From: Dehalococcoidia bacterium
GTDB taxonomy: Bacteria; Chloroflexota; Dehalococcoidia; Lucifugimonadales; UBA3495
DNA length: 64,000 nucleotides
NCBI GenBank assembly: GCA_965249215.1
Contig: CBDFLN010000002.1
Span: 305,180 to 369,179 of the forward strand
Direction of reading: 5' to 3'
Position numbers and translations under genes: made by a program. The notes beneath the pieces are model-generated. The model worked only from the letters and a program-made list of their open reading frames with translations. It had not been told where the DNA came from and did no database searches. Every line of letters starts with the position of its first letter. Positions within the stretch are counted from its first letter, which is position 1. Below, piece after piece: positions 1 to 9,910 of this stretch.

Positions 1-1
1 C

Positions 2-394
2 GTAGAGTTGTCCCCCAGCCAGCTAGACGTGCTGCGAGAGCAGGGCGATTTCTTGCAAAGCTACGGGTTCGAACTGGAAGTCTTCGGGGACAGCGCATAC
101 CTGCTGCGGTCAGTGCCCCAGGCGCTGGCCTCCCGAGACCCGGGCAAGTCGTTGCTGGACGTGCTGGACCTGGTGGCATTTGAAGGGCTGGTGCGTCAGC
201 AGGAGGACATCCTGGCCGCGTCCATTGCCTGCCACAGCGCCATCCGCGCCGGCAAGCCATTGATAGAAGACGAGATGCGGGCCCTGTTGGAACAGTTGGA
301 GGCCACCCCGAATCCCCACACCTGCCCCCACGGGCGGCCCACCATGATTCACTTCAGTTCTTACCACATGGAGCGAGAGTTCGGCCGCCGCTGA
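2..394 (+). CDS. mutL: DNA mismatch repair protein MutL, C-terminal fragment (gene starts left of the window)
   Basis: Frame is open to the window edge. MutL C-terminal motifs ACHSAIRAG and CPHGRPT are present. Stop at 392-394. Confidence 0.85.
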   Translation, partial: VELSPSQLDVLREQGDFLQSYGFELEVFGDSAYLLRSVPQALASRDPGKSLLDVLDLVAFEGLVRQQEDILAASIACHSAIRAGKPLIEDEMRALLEQLEATPNPHTCPHGRPTMIHFSSYHMEREFGRR

Positions 395-456
395 CTCCGG
401 CAGCTATACGGGCCCTACTATGCCGGTCTCCGGCATCGGGCTCTTCCTGACCGGCC

Positions 457-687
457 TTATCCTCGAAGGCGCGGGTCTTGGGCCGGATGGAAGATCGAGT
501 CCTCCCCCGGAAACTGGTCCGCCGCTGCCGACGCCTGGTCCGGGCTACTCTGTCCCGGCTTTACCAACGGTAGAGCCACGGCTGCCAGCGCCGCCGCTCC
601 GATTCCCAGCTTGACCAGAAAGCTGCGGCGGGACTCTTTGTTATTCTTCGGTTCAGTAGACTCTTTTGGCACTGTCGACTCCTGCAC
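457..687 (-). CDS. Small exported protein with twin-arginine (Tat) signal, function unknown
   Basis: 76-aa ORF. SRRSFLVKLGIGAAALAA looks like a Tat signal. It lies directly downstream, on the same strand, of the FAD oxidoreductase gene. Confidence 0.45.
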   Translation of the reverse strand: MQESTVPKESTEPKNNKESRRSFLVKLGIGAAALAAVALPLVKPGQSSPDQASAAADQFPGEDSIFHPAQDPRLRG

Positions 688-821
688 TCCCTATCCCCTT
701 TGGGCTAGCCCAACTATTGATTTTACTCCTTGGGCTGGCATTTGCAATCCCATCCGCCCGCCGCGACGCTCCCCCGGGTGTGATCCCCTATCCCCAATAC
801 CGGGCTAGATCCCAGGGGAGC

Positions 822-2144
822 CTATTCGCCCGCGTCGTCCAACACCATGCGGGCCACTCGCCGCCCCATTCTTACCGAGTAGTTGGTGCCCCGGTCTTCG
901 GGGTATATCTGGGTCGTGTTCGCCAGGTACAGGCCCTTCACCGGCGTTCGGTGGTCCGGGATGTTCTGTCCGTAGTCCACTCCCACGATGGGCTGGGCCC
1001 CGTCTACCTTGTGATGATGAAACTCTACAATCCAGGATCGGTCGAACTCCGGGTTGATCTTTCGCAAGTAGGGCGTGAACTCTTCCACCAGTTCCTCGCC
1101 GCTCTTCTGATATAGGGGACTCTCCCGGCTCGGATAGTTGCTAATGTACACAACGTGGTTGCCGCCGTAGAGGGACTTGTCAACCAGGTTGGTGTGCTCG
1201 ATGAGGGCCACGAACGGCATGTCGGCATCGGCAATGTTCATCCAGTACTTCCCAGACAGGGGCCTGTCCAGCACCAGCACCACCATGACTGCCGACAGGT
1301 ACTTCACCCGTTCCAGCTTCTCCAGGTACTCCCCGGGCAAACCGGGCGCCAGGCGGGTGAAAATGTATGACGGCGTGGTGGCTATCACCGCGTCATAGCC
1401 TATGACCTGGGCCTCCCGCCCCTCCAACGCTGCCTCTAACCCTGTGGCGCGTCCGTTCTCCGCTACCACTCGCTGCACCCCCGAAGACAGGTGGACTTCT
1501 CCCCCCTGCTCCACTACACGTTGCCCCAGAACGTCGAACACCTCTCCAAAGCTGCCCATGGGGTAACCCAGACGCTCCTTTTGCAGCCCCTTGCCCCGCG
1601 AGGCTACCCGAAGATATATCTTGCCCCACAACCACGTCATGCTCACCTGGTCATGGTGTTCTCCGAACTTGCCTCGCAACAGCGGCTCCCAAATCACTCC
1701 GTAAGCCCGCTGTCCCATGTGCTTGGACAGCCACTCCTTGGCCGTTACCTGCTCGAACTTTCGCCAGTTCCTCGTCTTCTGCAGCAAGAAAGTCCAAAAG
1801 CCCACGCGCAACCGTTGCGTCGGCGAGAGGGGCTTGAACCGCAGAAGGTCCATGGGGGTGCCGAAGTCCCACACTTTACCGCCGTGATACAGCCCTACTT
1901 TGGATTCCAACCAGGCCAGCTTATCGCCCAGGCCTATTTCCTCGATCAGCCCGGCCATGTCCCTGTCGCTTACGAACAGGTGGTGGTATCCCCGCTCCAG
2001 CCGGCCGCCGCCCACGTCGAAAGTAGAAGCTTGGCCTCCCAAGAACGGGGCACTCTCCAAGACCTGGGCGTAATGCCCCCGCAGCGTCAACTCGTAGGCC
2101 GCCGCCAGTCCTGCTGCTCCGCCGCCGATGATGCCTACCCTCAC
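822..2144 (-). CDS. FAD/NAD(P)-dependent oxidoreductase (amine oxidase / phytoene desaturase-like)
   Basis: 440-aa ORF with the N-terminal dinucleotide-binding motif VGIIGGGAAGLAAAYEL..LES..LGG. Its start overlaps the upstream gene stop by 4 bp. Confidence 0.85.
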   Translation of the reverse strand: MRVGIIGGGAAGLAAAYELTLRGHYAQVLESAPFLGGQASTFDVGGGRLERGYHHLFVSDRDMAGLIEEIGLGDKLAWLESKVGLYHGGKVWDFGTPMDLLRFKPLSPTQRLRVGFWTFLLQKTRNWRKFEQVTAKEWLSKHMGQRAYGVIWEPLLRGKFGEHHDQVSMTWLWGKIYLRVASRGKGLQKERLGYPMGSFGEVFDVLGQRVVEQGGEVHLSSGVQRVVAENGRATGLEAALEGREAQVIGYDAVIATTPSYIFTRLAPGLPGEYLEKLERVKYLSAVMVVLVLDRPLSGKYWMNIADADMPFVALIEHTNLVDKSLYGGNHVVYISNYPSRESPLYQKSGEELVEEFTPYLRKINPEFDRSWIVEFHHHKVDGAQPIVGVDYGQNIPDHRTPVKGLYLANTTQIYPEDRGTNYSVRMGRRVARMVLDDAGE

Positions 2145-3262
2145 CGCTGCCTCCCTTTCCGCGCCCGCGCCGGCCCCACGGTCTCACCCGCGAGACTGCT
2201 TCCCAGCGCCTCGCGCATCGGCCCGTCCGCCTTCAGCGCCCCCGCCAATCCCTTCAACGACAGGTTCTGTTGCCACATGAAAGCCAGCCCCGCCAGGTTG
2301 ACCGGCAGCCACAACGCCGCGAGGTGCAAAAACGCCGCGTAGGCGCCGGCGGACGACGCCCCCACTCCCAGCGCCACTAGCGTTTGTTGGGCCACCACCT
2401 CGAATGGGCCGATTCCTCCAATGGAGCTTGGCAGCGCCGTGGCCAGGTTAGCCGTGGCCGTCAGCAGCATCACCACCAGCACCACGGTTCCCGCCGAGCC
2501 GAAGTGGTCGTCGATTCCAAATGAATAGATTATCAAGAAGAATATCGCCGCTTCGAAAGCCCATACCGGCAGCGACAACAGGAACAGGTTCAGGTGTTTC
2601 TTGGGCGAGTTCAACACGCTCAGGCCTTCGATGAAAGTCTGCACCAACTCCTGCACCTTGGGCCGGAAACGCCCCGGGACCAGCCCGGTCAGCCAGTAGA
2701 TATACGACCTGAACCGCCCCTCAGTTGCCAGTCCGGTCAGGACGGCCAACGCCGCGCCAAACGCCGCAACGGTGAGCATGGCCAAGACCACCCAGGTGGT
2801 CCGCGAGGTCTCCCCTGCGCCGTCGAATTCTCCCAGCAGCCACAGGGCCGGCCCAGCAACCGCCGCCAACGCCAGCAGCGTCACCCCGTCGTACACCCTC
2901 TCTACTGCCACCGTGCCCAGCGCCGAACTGGCGCTGAGCTGCTCCCGCCTCGCCAGGTAGTAGGCCCGCACCAGCTCCCCGAGGCGCGCCGGCAGCAGGT
3001 TGTTGGCCATGTATCCGATGACTACCACCGGGTACAGCCGGCTCGCCGCCAGCGGCCTAAGCGGCTGCAACAGGTACCGCCAGCGCACTGCACGGAAGTA
3101 GACCCCCACGAAATACAGCGCGATTGACGGGGCCAGGTATACGTAGTTGGCGTCCGACAGGGCCTCCCGCATCTCGGTGAAGTCCACCTGCCAGGCCAGC
3201 ACCGCAAGCAATAGGACGCTGACGACCAGCCCCAGCCAGAACTGCCAAGTGCGGTTAATCAA
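2141..3262 (-). CDS. Flippase-like / lysylphosphatidylglycerol-synthase TM-region family membrane protein (UPF0104)
   Basis: 373-aa polytopic membrane ORF. The N-terminus (WQFWLGLVVSVLLLAVLAW..VDF..) and the FRAVRWRYLL motif are typical of the TIGR00374/UPF0104 family. Confidence 0.75.
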   Translation of the reverse strand: MINRTWQFWLGLVVSVLLLAVLAWQVDFTEMREALSDANYVYLAPSIALYFVGVYFRAVRWRYLLQPLRPLAASRLYPVVVIGYMANNLLPARLGELVRAYYLARREQLSASSALGTVAVERVYDGVTLLALAAVAGPALWLLGEFDGAGETSRTTWVVLAMLTVAAFGAALAVLTGLATEGRFRSYIYWLTGLVPGRFRPKVQELVQTFIEGLSVLNSPKKHLNLFLLSLPVWAFEAAIFFLIIYSFGIDDHFGSAGTVVLVVMLLTATANLATALPSSIGGIGPFEVVAQQTLVALGVGASSAGAYAAFLHLAALWLPVNLAGLAFMWQQNLSLKGLAGALKADGPMREALGSSLAGETVGPARARKGRQR

Positions 3263-3414
3263 AATACCCTATCTTGCCTCTACCGGAACGCCGTTCCAGA
3301 TGGTCGCAGGGCCCCATGGCGCAGCGGCTACGGACTCCACAGTATACGAAAGCCGCCGACGCGCCTACAAGGCAGACGCCCGTCCTGACACCCGTTCACC
3401 GCCGGTCAAATGCG

Positions 3415-6105
3415 TCACGGGGGTAGGTATGAATAATACTCGGAGCTGTGCCAGTCGGCTACCAGATTTCGGAACAGCGCGTAGTCCAATGCCTCGAACC
3501 ACGCCTCCTTGTCCCCAGCCAACGACTTGAAATAGCTAAAATCCTTCGAAAGTTGTTCTTCGCTGGGCAGCCCCGTTATTCCCAGCAGCCAGCCCTCGGC
3601 CTCCTCGTCCTCCGGAGCGCAGAACAACAACCGGCGCTCCTCCGGGCATTGTATGCGTTGCTCCTCCGGCCTCCGGTACGTTCCCTCGTTGAACCACAAC
3701 AGGCTTCGCAGCGGCCCGTCCCTCTCGTAGGCCGACAGCGCATCGGCGTCACCCTTACGGGATGTGCTGACAACAAGCGCCTCGGCGTCCCGTTCCTCCA
3801 ACGGCTTGCAACCCGAGTTCCAGTCCGCCTCTCCCTCCTCCTTGAAGCATGAGAACTTTAGTGTTCCGTCCTTCTGCGCGTCGCGCACGTACCAGTTCAA
3901 CGGATACCAAATGTCGTAGTCCGCCTCCACCGCGTTCCCGCCCGGCTCTTGGGCCAGCACCCGCCGGTCCAATTCGGCAACGGTCTCCTTTATGTCCTGG
4001 CTTCCCTGGGCGTAGACCAGAAGCTCGTTGTTGGAGTCGTCGTAGGTGTACGCCGCCCGCACCGCCGTCGCCGTCCCAAAGCCCAGCATAAGCCCTGCCA
4101 GGCCCAAGGCCGCCAGCGCAGACCCGGCACCCGGCTGGGCCCTTCTAATCAGGTAGGCTGTCACCAACGCCAACGACGCCGCGCTGCCCAGCAACGCCCA
4201 ATGCGGCAAGGAAAAGCTCGCCTCGGGGTTGGTGTAGTGATACGCCAAGTAAACAGAGGCCGCTGCAATTATCGAGGGAAGCACCAGCAGCATCCCCCTG
4301 GCATCGACCGGCAGGCGCCGCCAGTCCACCCGTTCCGCCAACTCCCCCAGGAATTTACCCGCCAACAAGATTAAGGGCAGAGTCAGATTCACCAGGAGCC
4401 ACGGCATCTTCTCGCTGGCAATGGTGTAAGTTAGCAGCGTCGCAACTGCCCAGAACGCCAGCACCATGCCGAACAACTCGCGCCTTCGCACGAAATAGAC
4501 CAACCCCGCAAGTCCGAACGCCAGCGGCAAGAGTTCATACACCGGCAGGGCCGTAAAGTAGTAGTACCACGGCTGGTTTGCTCTACCGTAGTCCTGCTGG
4601 GCCACCCAGTAGCCCATTCCCTGCCACACCCCGCTGAATATCCCCGACAGGTTGGTGAATACTGTGGTGTATAGCAACGCCCACAACAGGTAGAATATGC
4701 CTGCCGCAACCAGCCACCGCCCCGCCAGCCAGCGAAGCCCCAGGTACACCGACGCGTTGAAGGTCGCCAGCAACAGCCCGCCGGCGACCAGGTAATTTAC
4801 CGGCACCCTGTTTCCGGCGGCCTCCACCGAGATGCCTGAGGGCAGCACCCCGTTGACTGTGGCGGCCACGTCTATCACCCCGGTGAACAGGAAAGCGTAT
4901 AGTGCGGCCGCCTGGGCCGGCCAGAGGAGCATCAGCGCGCCGGTCTGCCACGGATGCCGCCGCCGGATGATCTCAGCCACTGCAACGCCAACCAAAGCGC
5001 CGGCAATCACCAGGTCCAAGACTGGTGGCCCGAAGGACCATGCCCCGTCCAACGGGCGGAATATGGCGATGTAAACTGCTCCCGCCACTGCACACGTCAC
5101 ACCCAACCCCAGTGTTCCAAACCCGGCCGCCAATTCCCGGTCGCGGCTCAGCCACGCCAGACCCCCGACCGCCGCCCCAACCACCAGTAAGTGGAACCAC
5201 CAAGCACCGTGGTATACCGGCAAGCTGATGAAGGGCGCTCCCCACTCCGGCGCGCCTACGATCCCCGTCGTCACGCCCGCCGGGTTCACCAGCGTCAGTC
5301 CCAAAGCGTCCTGCGCCAGGCTTGCCAAGGCAGTCCATTGAGGAAGTGTCAGGGTGACCAGCAATAGCAGAAACCCCGCAGCACCAGCCAACTGGTAAGT
5401 TCTAGTGCGGCCAAGTACCCAGGACTTCAGCTGCGGGACGGCCATCACAAACACCGCCGCCCCCAAGAGCAGGGTGACTATATAGGCGGTTTCTTTCGTG
5501 GCGAACATGAACGCCAGGACTGCCGACGCCAGGTACAGGTACCGGTGCTTGCCCTCCTGCAGGTACCGCCACATCAATATCAGCAGGGCCAAGGCCCAGA
5601 ATGCCATCAGTATGTCGTTACGGCCGAACCGGCTGAAATACAGCAACACCGGCGAAAGCGCCAGCATCACGCCGGCCAGCAGCGCTCCTGCCCGCCCCAG
5701 GTAGTCGCGCAAGAAGTAGGGCAACCCCACCAGCGCCGCGCCGAACAGGGTGTAGCCCAGGCGGGCGGTGAAGTCCGAGTCCCCAAATATGCGGAAGATG
5801 AAAGCGGCGAACTCTATCTGAAACGGGCCGTGCATCCAGGGCGAATGAATATAGTCCGAGCCAAATACCCACGGCCACCCGCCCAGGAGCCCTTCGCTGT
5901 TGACCAGCTTCCACGAGGCGTATATGTGTATCGCCTCGTCGTAGTGCATCGTCCGGCCGCCCAACTCCCATAGCCTCATCCCCAAGGCCAGGGCCACCAG
6001 TACAAGGAAGCCCCACTCCACCCAGCCCAGCCTCCACCCTGGCCGGAACCGGGCCAGCAGTTTGCGGGGACGGCCGGCGCTATCGGATTGGACTTCGTTC
6101 ATCAT
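3415..6105 (-). CDS. TIGR03663-type membrane protein (PMT/ArnT-like glycosyltransferase fold)
   Basis: 896-aa polytopic ORF. It carries the invariant N-terminal DE (HYDEAIH) and HGP (WMHGPF) motifs described for TIGR03663. It sits next to a TIGR03662 gene, as that family usually does. Confidence 0.8.
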   Translation of the reverse strand: MMNEVQSDSAGRPRKLLARFRPGWRLGWVEWGFLVLVALALGMRLWELGGRTMHYDEAIHIYASWKLVNSEGLLGGWPWVFGSDYIHSPWMHGPFQIEFAAFIFRIFGDSDFTARLGYTLFGAALVGLPYFLRDYLGRAGALLAGVMLALSPVLLYFSRFGRNDILMAFWALALLILMWRYLQEGKHRYLYLASAVLAFMFATKETAYIVTLLLGAAVFVMAVPQLKSWVLGRTRTYQLAGAAGFLLLLVTLTLPQWTALASLAQDALGLTLVNPAGVTTGIVGAPEWGAPFISLPVYHGAWWFHLLVVGAAVGGLAWLSRDRELAAGFGTLGLGVTCAVAGAVYIAIFRPLDGAWSFGPPVLDLVIAGALVGVAVAEIIRRRHPWQTGALMLLWPAQAAALYAFLFTGVIDVAATVNGVLPSGISVEAAGNRVPVNYLVAGGLLLATFNASVYLGLRWLAGRWLVAAGIFYLLWALLYTTVFTNLSGIFSGVWQGMGYWVAQQDYGRANQPWYYYFTALPVYELLPLAFGLAGLVYFVRRRELFGMVLAFWAVATLLTYTIASEKMPWLLVNLTLPLILLAGKFLGELAERVDWRRLPVDARGMLLVLPSIIAAASVYLAYHYTNPEASFSLPHWALLGSAASLALVTAYLIRRAQPGAGSALAALGLAGLMLGFGTATAVRAAYTYDDSNNELLVYAQGSQDIKETVAELDRRVLAQEPGGNAVEADYDIWYPLNWYVRDAQKDGTLKFSCFKEEGEADWNSGCKPLEERDAEALVVSTSRKGDADALSAYERDGPLRSLLWFNEGTYRRPEEQRIQCPEERRLLFCAPEDEEAEGWLLGITGLPSEEQLSKDFSYFKSLAGDKEAWFEALDYALFRNLVADWHSSEYYSYLPP

Positions 6106-6115
6106 CCGCTGTTGT

Positions 6116-8524
6116 TCAGCCGTCGCCCGCCTTGAATTCGTAGACTACTACGCCGTCCCTCTCGAAGGAGGCTTTAAGGAAATCGCCAAATCCAGATAGA
6201 TGCTCGGCTCCATACGTCGCCTGCTCCCGCTCCCCCACGTACACGTAACGAACGTCGTAACCATCCAGCAACCGGCGGACTGCCTGGCCGTCGCTGCTCC
6301 GGTAGATCCGTTCCACATCCTCCTCCCGGCCCGCAAAAGCCTCGCTTCCGCCTCGCCACTGGAATTCGTGCCCTTTCCATCCCAGCACCGTCGGCAGGCC
6401 GGTGGCAGACGAAATCCTACCGAAGTCCGAGTAGTTGGGCCCCACAGCCTCTACGATGCGTCCCCAGGGAGCTTCGTCCCGCAGCCACTCGATGGCCTCG
6501 TACTCCCCCGGGTCCCGCTCTCGAATAAACGCCAGACCATCCAGCGTATTCCCGCCAGGCCGGCTGCTTGGCTCCAACACTCCCGTGCGGTCCAACACCG
6601 CCCCTACCGGGTAGTACGCCGATGCAACCAGCAACACCGCCGCCGCGGCGGCCCAAACGTACCGTCCCAACCCGGCCGAAAGTCGCGTCCGCGCTGGGAC
6701 CCCGCCGCCGCCCGACTCCTGCGCCGGCTGTCTTCTGGAACTCCAGTAGTACAGCCCGTAGACCCCCGCGACGCCCAGCAGCAGCCAGGCTTGGTAGTAT
6801 ACCTTGAACACCGTGTTCATGCGCCGGAACGCCCCGCCGAAGGCGTCGCTGACGTAGAAAAGTTCTGCTCCCGCCAGCAGGCAAAAGGCCGCCGCCGCCA
6901 ACAGCAGCGGGAAAGCCGCGCCCGTCTCCCGCCCCAATCGGATTCGCTGCGCTGCGCTGTAGGCCGCGACTCCGGCGATGGCCAGCCCTGGCAATACCCA
7001 CAGACCCCGTACCGCAACGTCGGCCAACGCAGTCCAGAGGCCGTCCCTGGGGACGTGCAGCGCCAGCACGATGCCCGACCAGACCAAGATGGGCGCCGCC
7101 GCCGCCGCCAGGACCAACCCGGCCAGCGGCGCATCGTCCCTCGCCGGCAGCCGCAACCCCGGCAACTGCCGCACAAGAAACGACGCCGCAAGCACCGCCA
7201 AAAGCCCCATGGTTATGAAGAACAGGAACGGTCGGGTGCTTACGTCCCGCAGCGGCAGTATCCCTCCTGTCTGGCCATCTAGGGCCAAGTAGAATGGCAG
7301 GAACAGCACCCCCGCCAGAGCCAATATGGGGACCACCAAAGCCGCCGCCCGCAGCATCGCCTGCTGCAGGTCTCCGCCCGCGTCCCGGTAACACCTGATT
7401 AGGACTGCGACTCCCAGCAACGCCGCCAAGAGAGGCAGGTCCCAAAGGTTGATGAAGCCCAACGACCCTATGAACAGCGCAGCTGCTGCAGCCTCCACCG
7501 GGTGACGCCGCAACCATCCCAAGCCCAGCGGCTCCTCAGACCGGAACAGGTTCAGCACCACAGCCAGGGCCAGCAGTAGGAAAGGCAGGCTTAACATGTG
7601 GGCGTGCAAGTCGCCAAGCAGGAAGCTGAACATTGGGAACTCGGTAATCGTATAGTCCAGTTGCTGGCCGTTCTCGAAGGACCCGATTACCCGCGTTGCC
7701 TGCCACCACCAGTTGGGGGCGTCGGGGAATGCCCCCGAACCGGCCGGGCCTGCTTCCAGCCCGGCAATGCCCACCCAGCTCCAGAATCCGTCGCCTCCCC
7801 AACCCCTGGCGTTGACAAACTCCAGTGCCCCTTCGAGGTTCCCAATCAGCAATATCAGCGCCGGTGCGGCCAGCCCGAACCCGATTCCCGCCCTCATGCT
7901 CCCCCCTGACAGCCTCACCAGGTTGTACAGCAGGCCGAAAGCCCCGATTGCCGCGAGTGCGGGCACCAACGATACCGCCAGGTTGTACCCCACGTTGGAA
8001 GGGATGGCCGTCAACTTCACCAGGAAGGCCATGATGAAGTGGCCGAAGTAGTAGTAGCTGATGGAATGACCCGACAGCCACGGGTCCTCGGGGGGGAAGT
8101 GCCGGCTCTGCAGCACCGCGTTCAGGAAACCGAAGTCCATCGGCTTCTCCGTTCCCCGAATCGCCGGAGCCTCCGACGTAATCCATAGCCAGAGGAAGAA
8201 GAAGACCAGGAACACCGCCTCGGCCGCTATGAGAGTCCGCCATTCCTCCTTTAGGAACGCCCACATTTCCTTAGCAGTTCCCCTGAAGACCAGGGCGCTT
8301 ATCACCCCGGCCACAACCGCAATAGCGATGATCGTCCATTGGGTGTTGGGAATCACCCGCGTCAACCCGGCAATCCACAGCACGTAGGCCAGCATCACCA
8401 GGACCATCGGTTTGGCGAAGGTTATTCCCCGGTCGGGAAGCCTGCGGAACAACACGAAGCACAACGGCAAGGCCAGGACGCCCAGCAACTCCACGGTTAA
8501 GAGCCAGGTTAAGGCGTCAACCAT
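6116..8524 (-). CDS. DUF2298 / TIGR03662 'Chlor_Arch_YYY' integral membrane protein
   Basis: 802-aa, very hydrophobic ORF. The hallmark YYYxG motif is present (SISYYYFGH). Confidence 0.8.
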   Translation of the reverse strand: MVDALTWLLTVELLGVLALPLCFVLFRRLPDRGITFAKPMVLVMLAYVLWIAGLTRVIPNTQWTIIAIAVVAGVISALVFRGTAKEMWAFLKEEWRTLIAAEAVFLVFFFLWLWITSEAPAIRGTEKPMDFGFLNAVLQSRHFPPEDPWLSGHSISYYYFGHFIMAFLVKLTAIPSNVGYNLAVSLVPALAAIGAFGLLYNLVRLSGGSMRAGIGFGLAAPALILLIGNLEGALEFVNARGWGGDGFWSWVGIAGLEAGPAGSGAFPDAPNWWWQATRVIGSFENGQQLDYTITEFPMFSFLLGDLHAHMLSLPFLLLALAVVLNLFRSEEPLGLGWLRRHPVEAAAAALFIGSLGFINLWDLPLLAALLGVAVLIRCYRDAGGDLQQAMLRAAALVVPILALAGVLFLPFYLALDGQTGGILPLRDVSTRPFLFFITMGLLAVLAASFLVRQLPGLRLPARDDAPLAGLVLAAAAAPILVWSGIVLALHVPRDGLWTALADVAVRGLWVLPGLAIAGVAAYSAAQRIRLGRETGAAFPLLLAAAAFCLLAGAELFYVSDAFGGAFRRMNTVFKVYYQAWLLLGVAGVYGLYYWSSRRQPAQESGGGGVPARTRLSAGLGRYVWAAAAAVLLVASAYYPVGAVLDRTGVLEPSSRPGGNTLDGLAFIRERDPGEYEAIEWLRDEAPWGRIVEAVGPNYSDFGRISSATGLPTVLGWKGHEFQWRGGSEAFAGREEDVERIYRSSDGQAVRRLLDGYDVRYVYVGEREQATYGAEHLSGFGDFLKASFERDGVVVYEFKAGDG

Positions 8525-8617
8525 GGGTCAATGGTAACAAGGGTGCAGCGCCATGAGCAGTGCGCCGCTAAGAACCGGCGGAAGGCGTAGGCTAGCGGTG
8601 GAGCCCCGGGATACGCA

Positions 8618-8700
8618 GGGTTGCGGTAGAGCCGCGCAGAAGGGGTCGGGTTGCGGCAGACCAGCGCAGAAGGGGTCGGGTTGTGGCAGACCAGCGGGAG
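8618..8700. repeat. Intergenic tandem repeat, 30-bp unit, about 2.7 copies
   Basis: gggttgcggtagagccgcgcagaaggggtc / gggttgcggcagaccagcgcagaaggggtc / gggttgtggcagaccagcggg, read directly. Confidence 0.9.
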
Positions 8701-8763
8701 ACGCGGGGTGGCGGTGGACCCGCGAAAGCCGCAGGGTGTCCGCAGAGTCCTCCCTTGTACGCC

Positions 8764-8817
8764 CTTCCGTAAAACCCTCCCCCGTTCGCCTTTCTGTAAA
8801 ACCCTCCCCCGTTCGCC
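8764..8817. repeat. Intergenic tandem repeat, about 27-bp unit, 2 copies
   Basis: The core gtaaaaccctcccccgttcgcc occurs twice in tandem. Confidence 0.9.
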
Positions 8818-8849
8818 CTGAGGTTCTCGAAGGGCCTAGCCGAGGCGGA

Positions 8850-9806
8850 TCACGGTACCGGGGCCAGCAGGGCGTCGATGAACTCCCTGGAATCGAAAGG
8901 CGCCAGGTCCCCCAGGCTCTCGCCCGTGCCGATGAAGAGTATTGGTACCTGGAGTTCCCGTTTGATTGCAAGGGCTATTCCCCCGCGGGCCGTACCGTCC
9001 AACTTCGAGAGGAAAATGCCGGTGCAGCCCACCGCTTCTTGGAATGACTTGGCCTGAGCCAGGCCGTTGTGGCCCGTGGTCGCGTCCAGCGTCAGTATGA
9101 CCTGGTGCGGCGCCGACGGGTCCTGCCGGTTCAACACCCGCCGGATCTTGCGCAACTCCTCCATAAGGTTGGACTTGGTGTGCAGCCGCCCCGCGGTGTC
9201 TACGATCAGCACGTCTGCGCCCCGGGCTTTGCCGGCCTGGTAGGCGTCGTAGGCCACCGCCCCGGGGTCGGCGCCCGACGCGTGGCCGACTATTTCTACG
9301 CCCACCCTCTGCGCCAGGATTTCCAGCTGCTCCACTCCCGCCGCCCTGAAGGTGTCCGCCGCTCCAAGTATGACCTTCTTGCCTGCTTGCTGGAGATGGT
9401 AGGCCAGCTTGGCAATGCTGGTCGTCTTGCCGACGCCGTTGACCCCTACCATAAGAATCACGTAGGGGCCGGTATGTTCGCCGTCCAGGGCCCACAGGCC
9501 CTCCGGCTCGCCGGAGTCAAGGTCTTGCACCAAGGACTCTTTCAAGGCCTGAAACAAATGCTCCGGGTCTCCCAGCCGGTCTTCCCTGGCCCTCTTCCGC
9601 AACCCGTCGACGATCTCCAGCGAGGTCTCCACGCCGACGTCGGAGGATACCAGGGCTTCCTCCAGTTCTTCCCACACCGATTCGTCCAGGTTGGACGAAC
9701 GCAGCAAACCCATCACCCGCCCCAGCCACCGCTCGCGGGTGGGTTTGACCGCCTCTTCCGTGGTTTTCTTGGTAGAGTCCCCGTCGCGCTTGAACAGGCG
9801 CAGCAT
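8850..9806 (-). CDS. ftsY: Signal recognition particle receptor FtsY
   Basis: SRP-GTPase motifs GVNGVGKTT, DTAGR and SKLDGTARGG. The acidic N-terminal region is typical of FtsY. Confidence 0.95.
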   Translation of the reverse strand: MLRLFKRDGDSTKKTTEEAVKPTRERWLGRVMGLLRSSNLDESVWEELEEALVSSDVGVETSLEIVDGLRKRAREDRLGDPEHLFQALKESLVQDLDSGEPEGLWALDGEHTGPYVILMVGVNGVGKTTSIAKLAYHLQQAGKKVILGAADTFRAAGVEQLEILAQRVGVEIVGHASGADPGAVAYDAYQAGKARGADVLIVDTAGRLHTKSNLMEELRKIRRVLNRQDPSAPHQVILTLDATTGHNGLAQAKSFQEAVGCTGIFLSKLDGTARGGIALAIKRELQVPILFIGTGESLGDLAPFDSREFIDALLAPVP

Positions 9807-9910
9807 CAGACCATCCTTAGACAGGTGGTAATACGCTTAGCAAAGCTTATGTGGGTTTTGGGGGCTGGGTTTCATCCACCATGGCCGATTCTGAACGTCG
9901 GCGGGTCCTG

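Noticed and set aside
6200-7517. 360-aa (+) and 366-aa (-) ORFs inside the DUF2298 gene region
   Set aside because: They are antisense or out of frame to a motif-supported membrane gene. Their translations are Arg/Pro/Gly-rich, typical of shadow ORFs in high-GC DNA.
8618-8700. 30-bp repeats as a possible CRISPR array
   Set aside because: The repeats are directly tandem with no spacers, there are fewer than three copies, and no cas genes are nearby.
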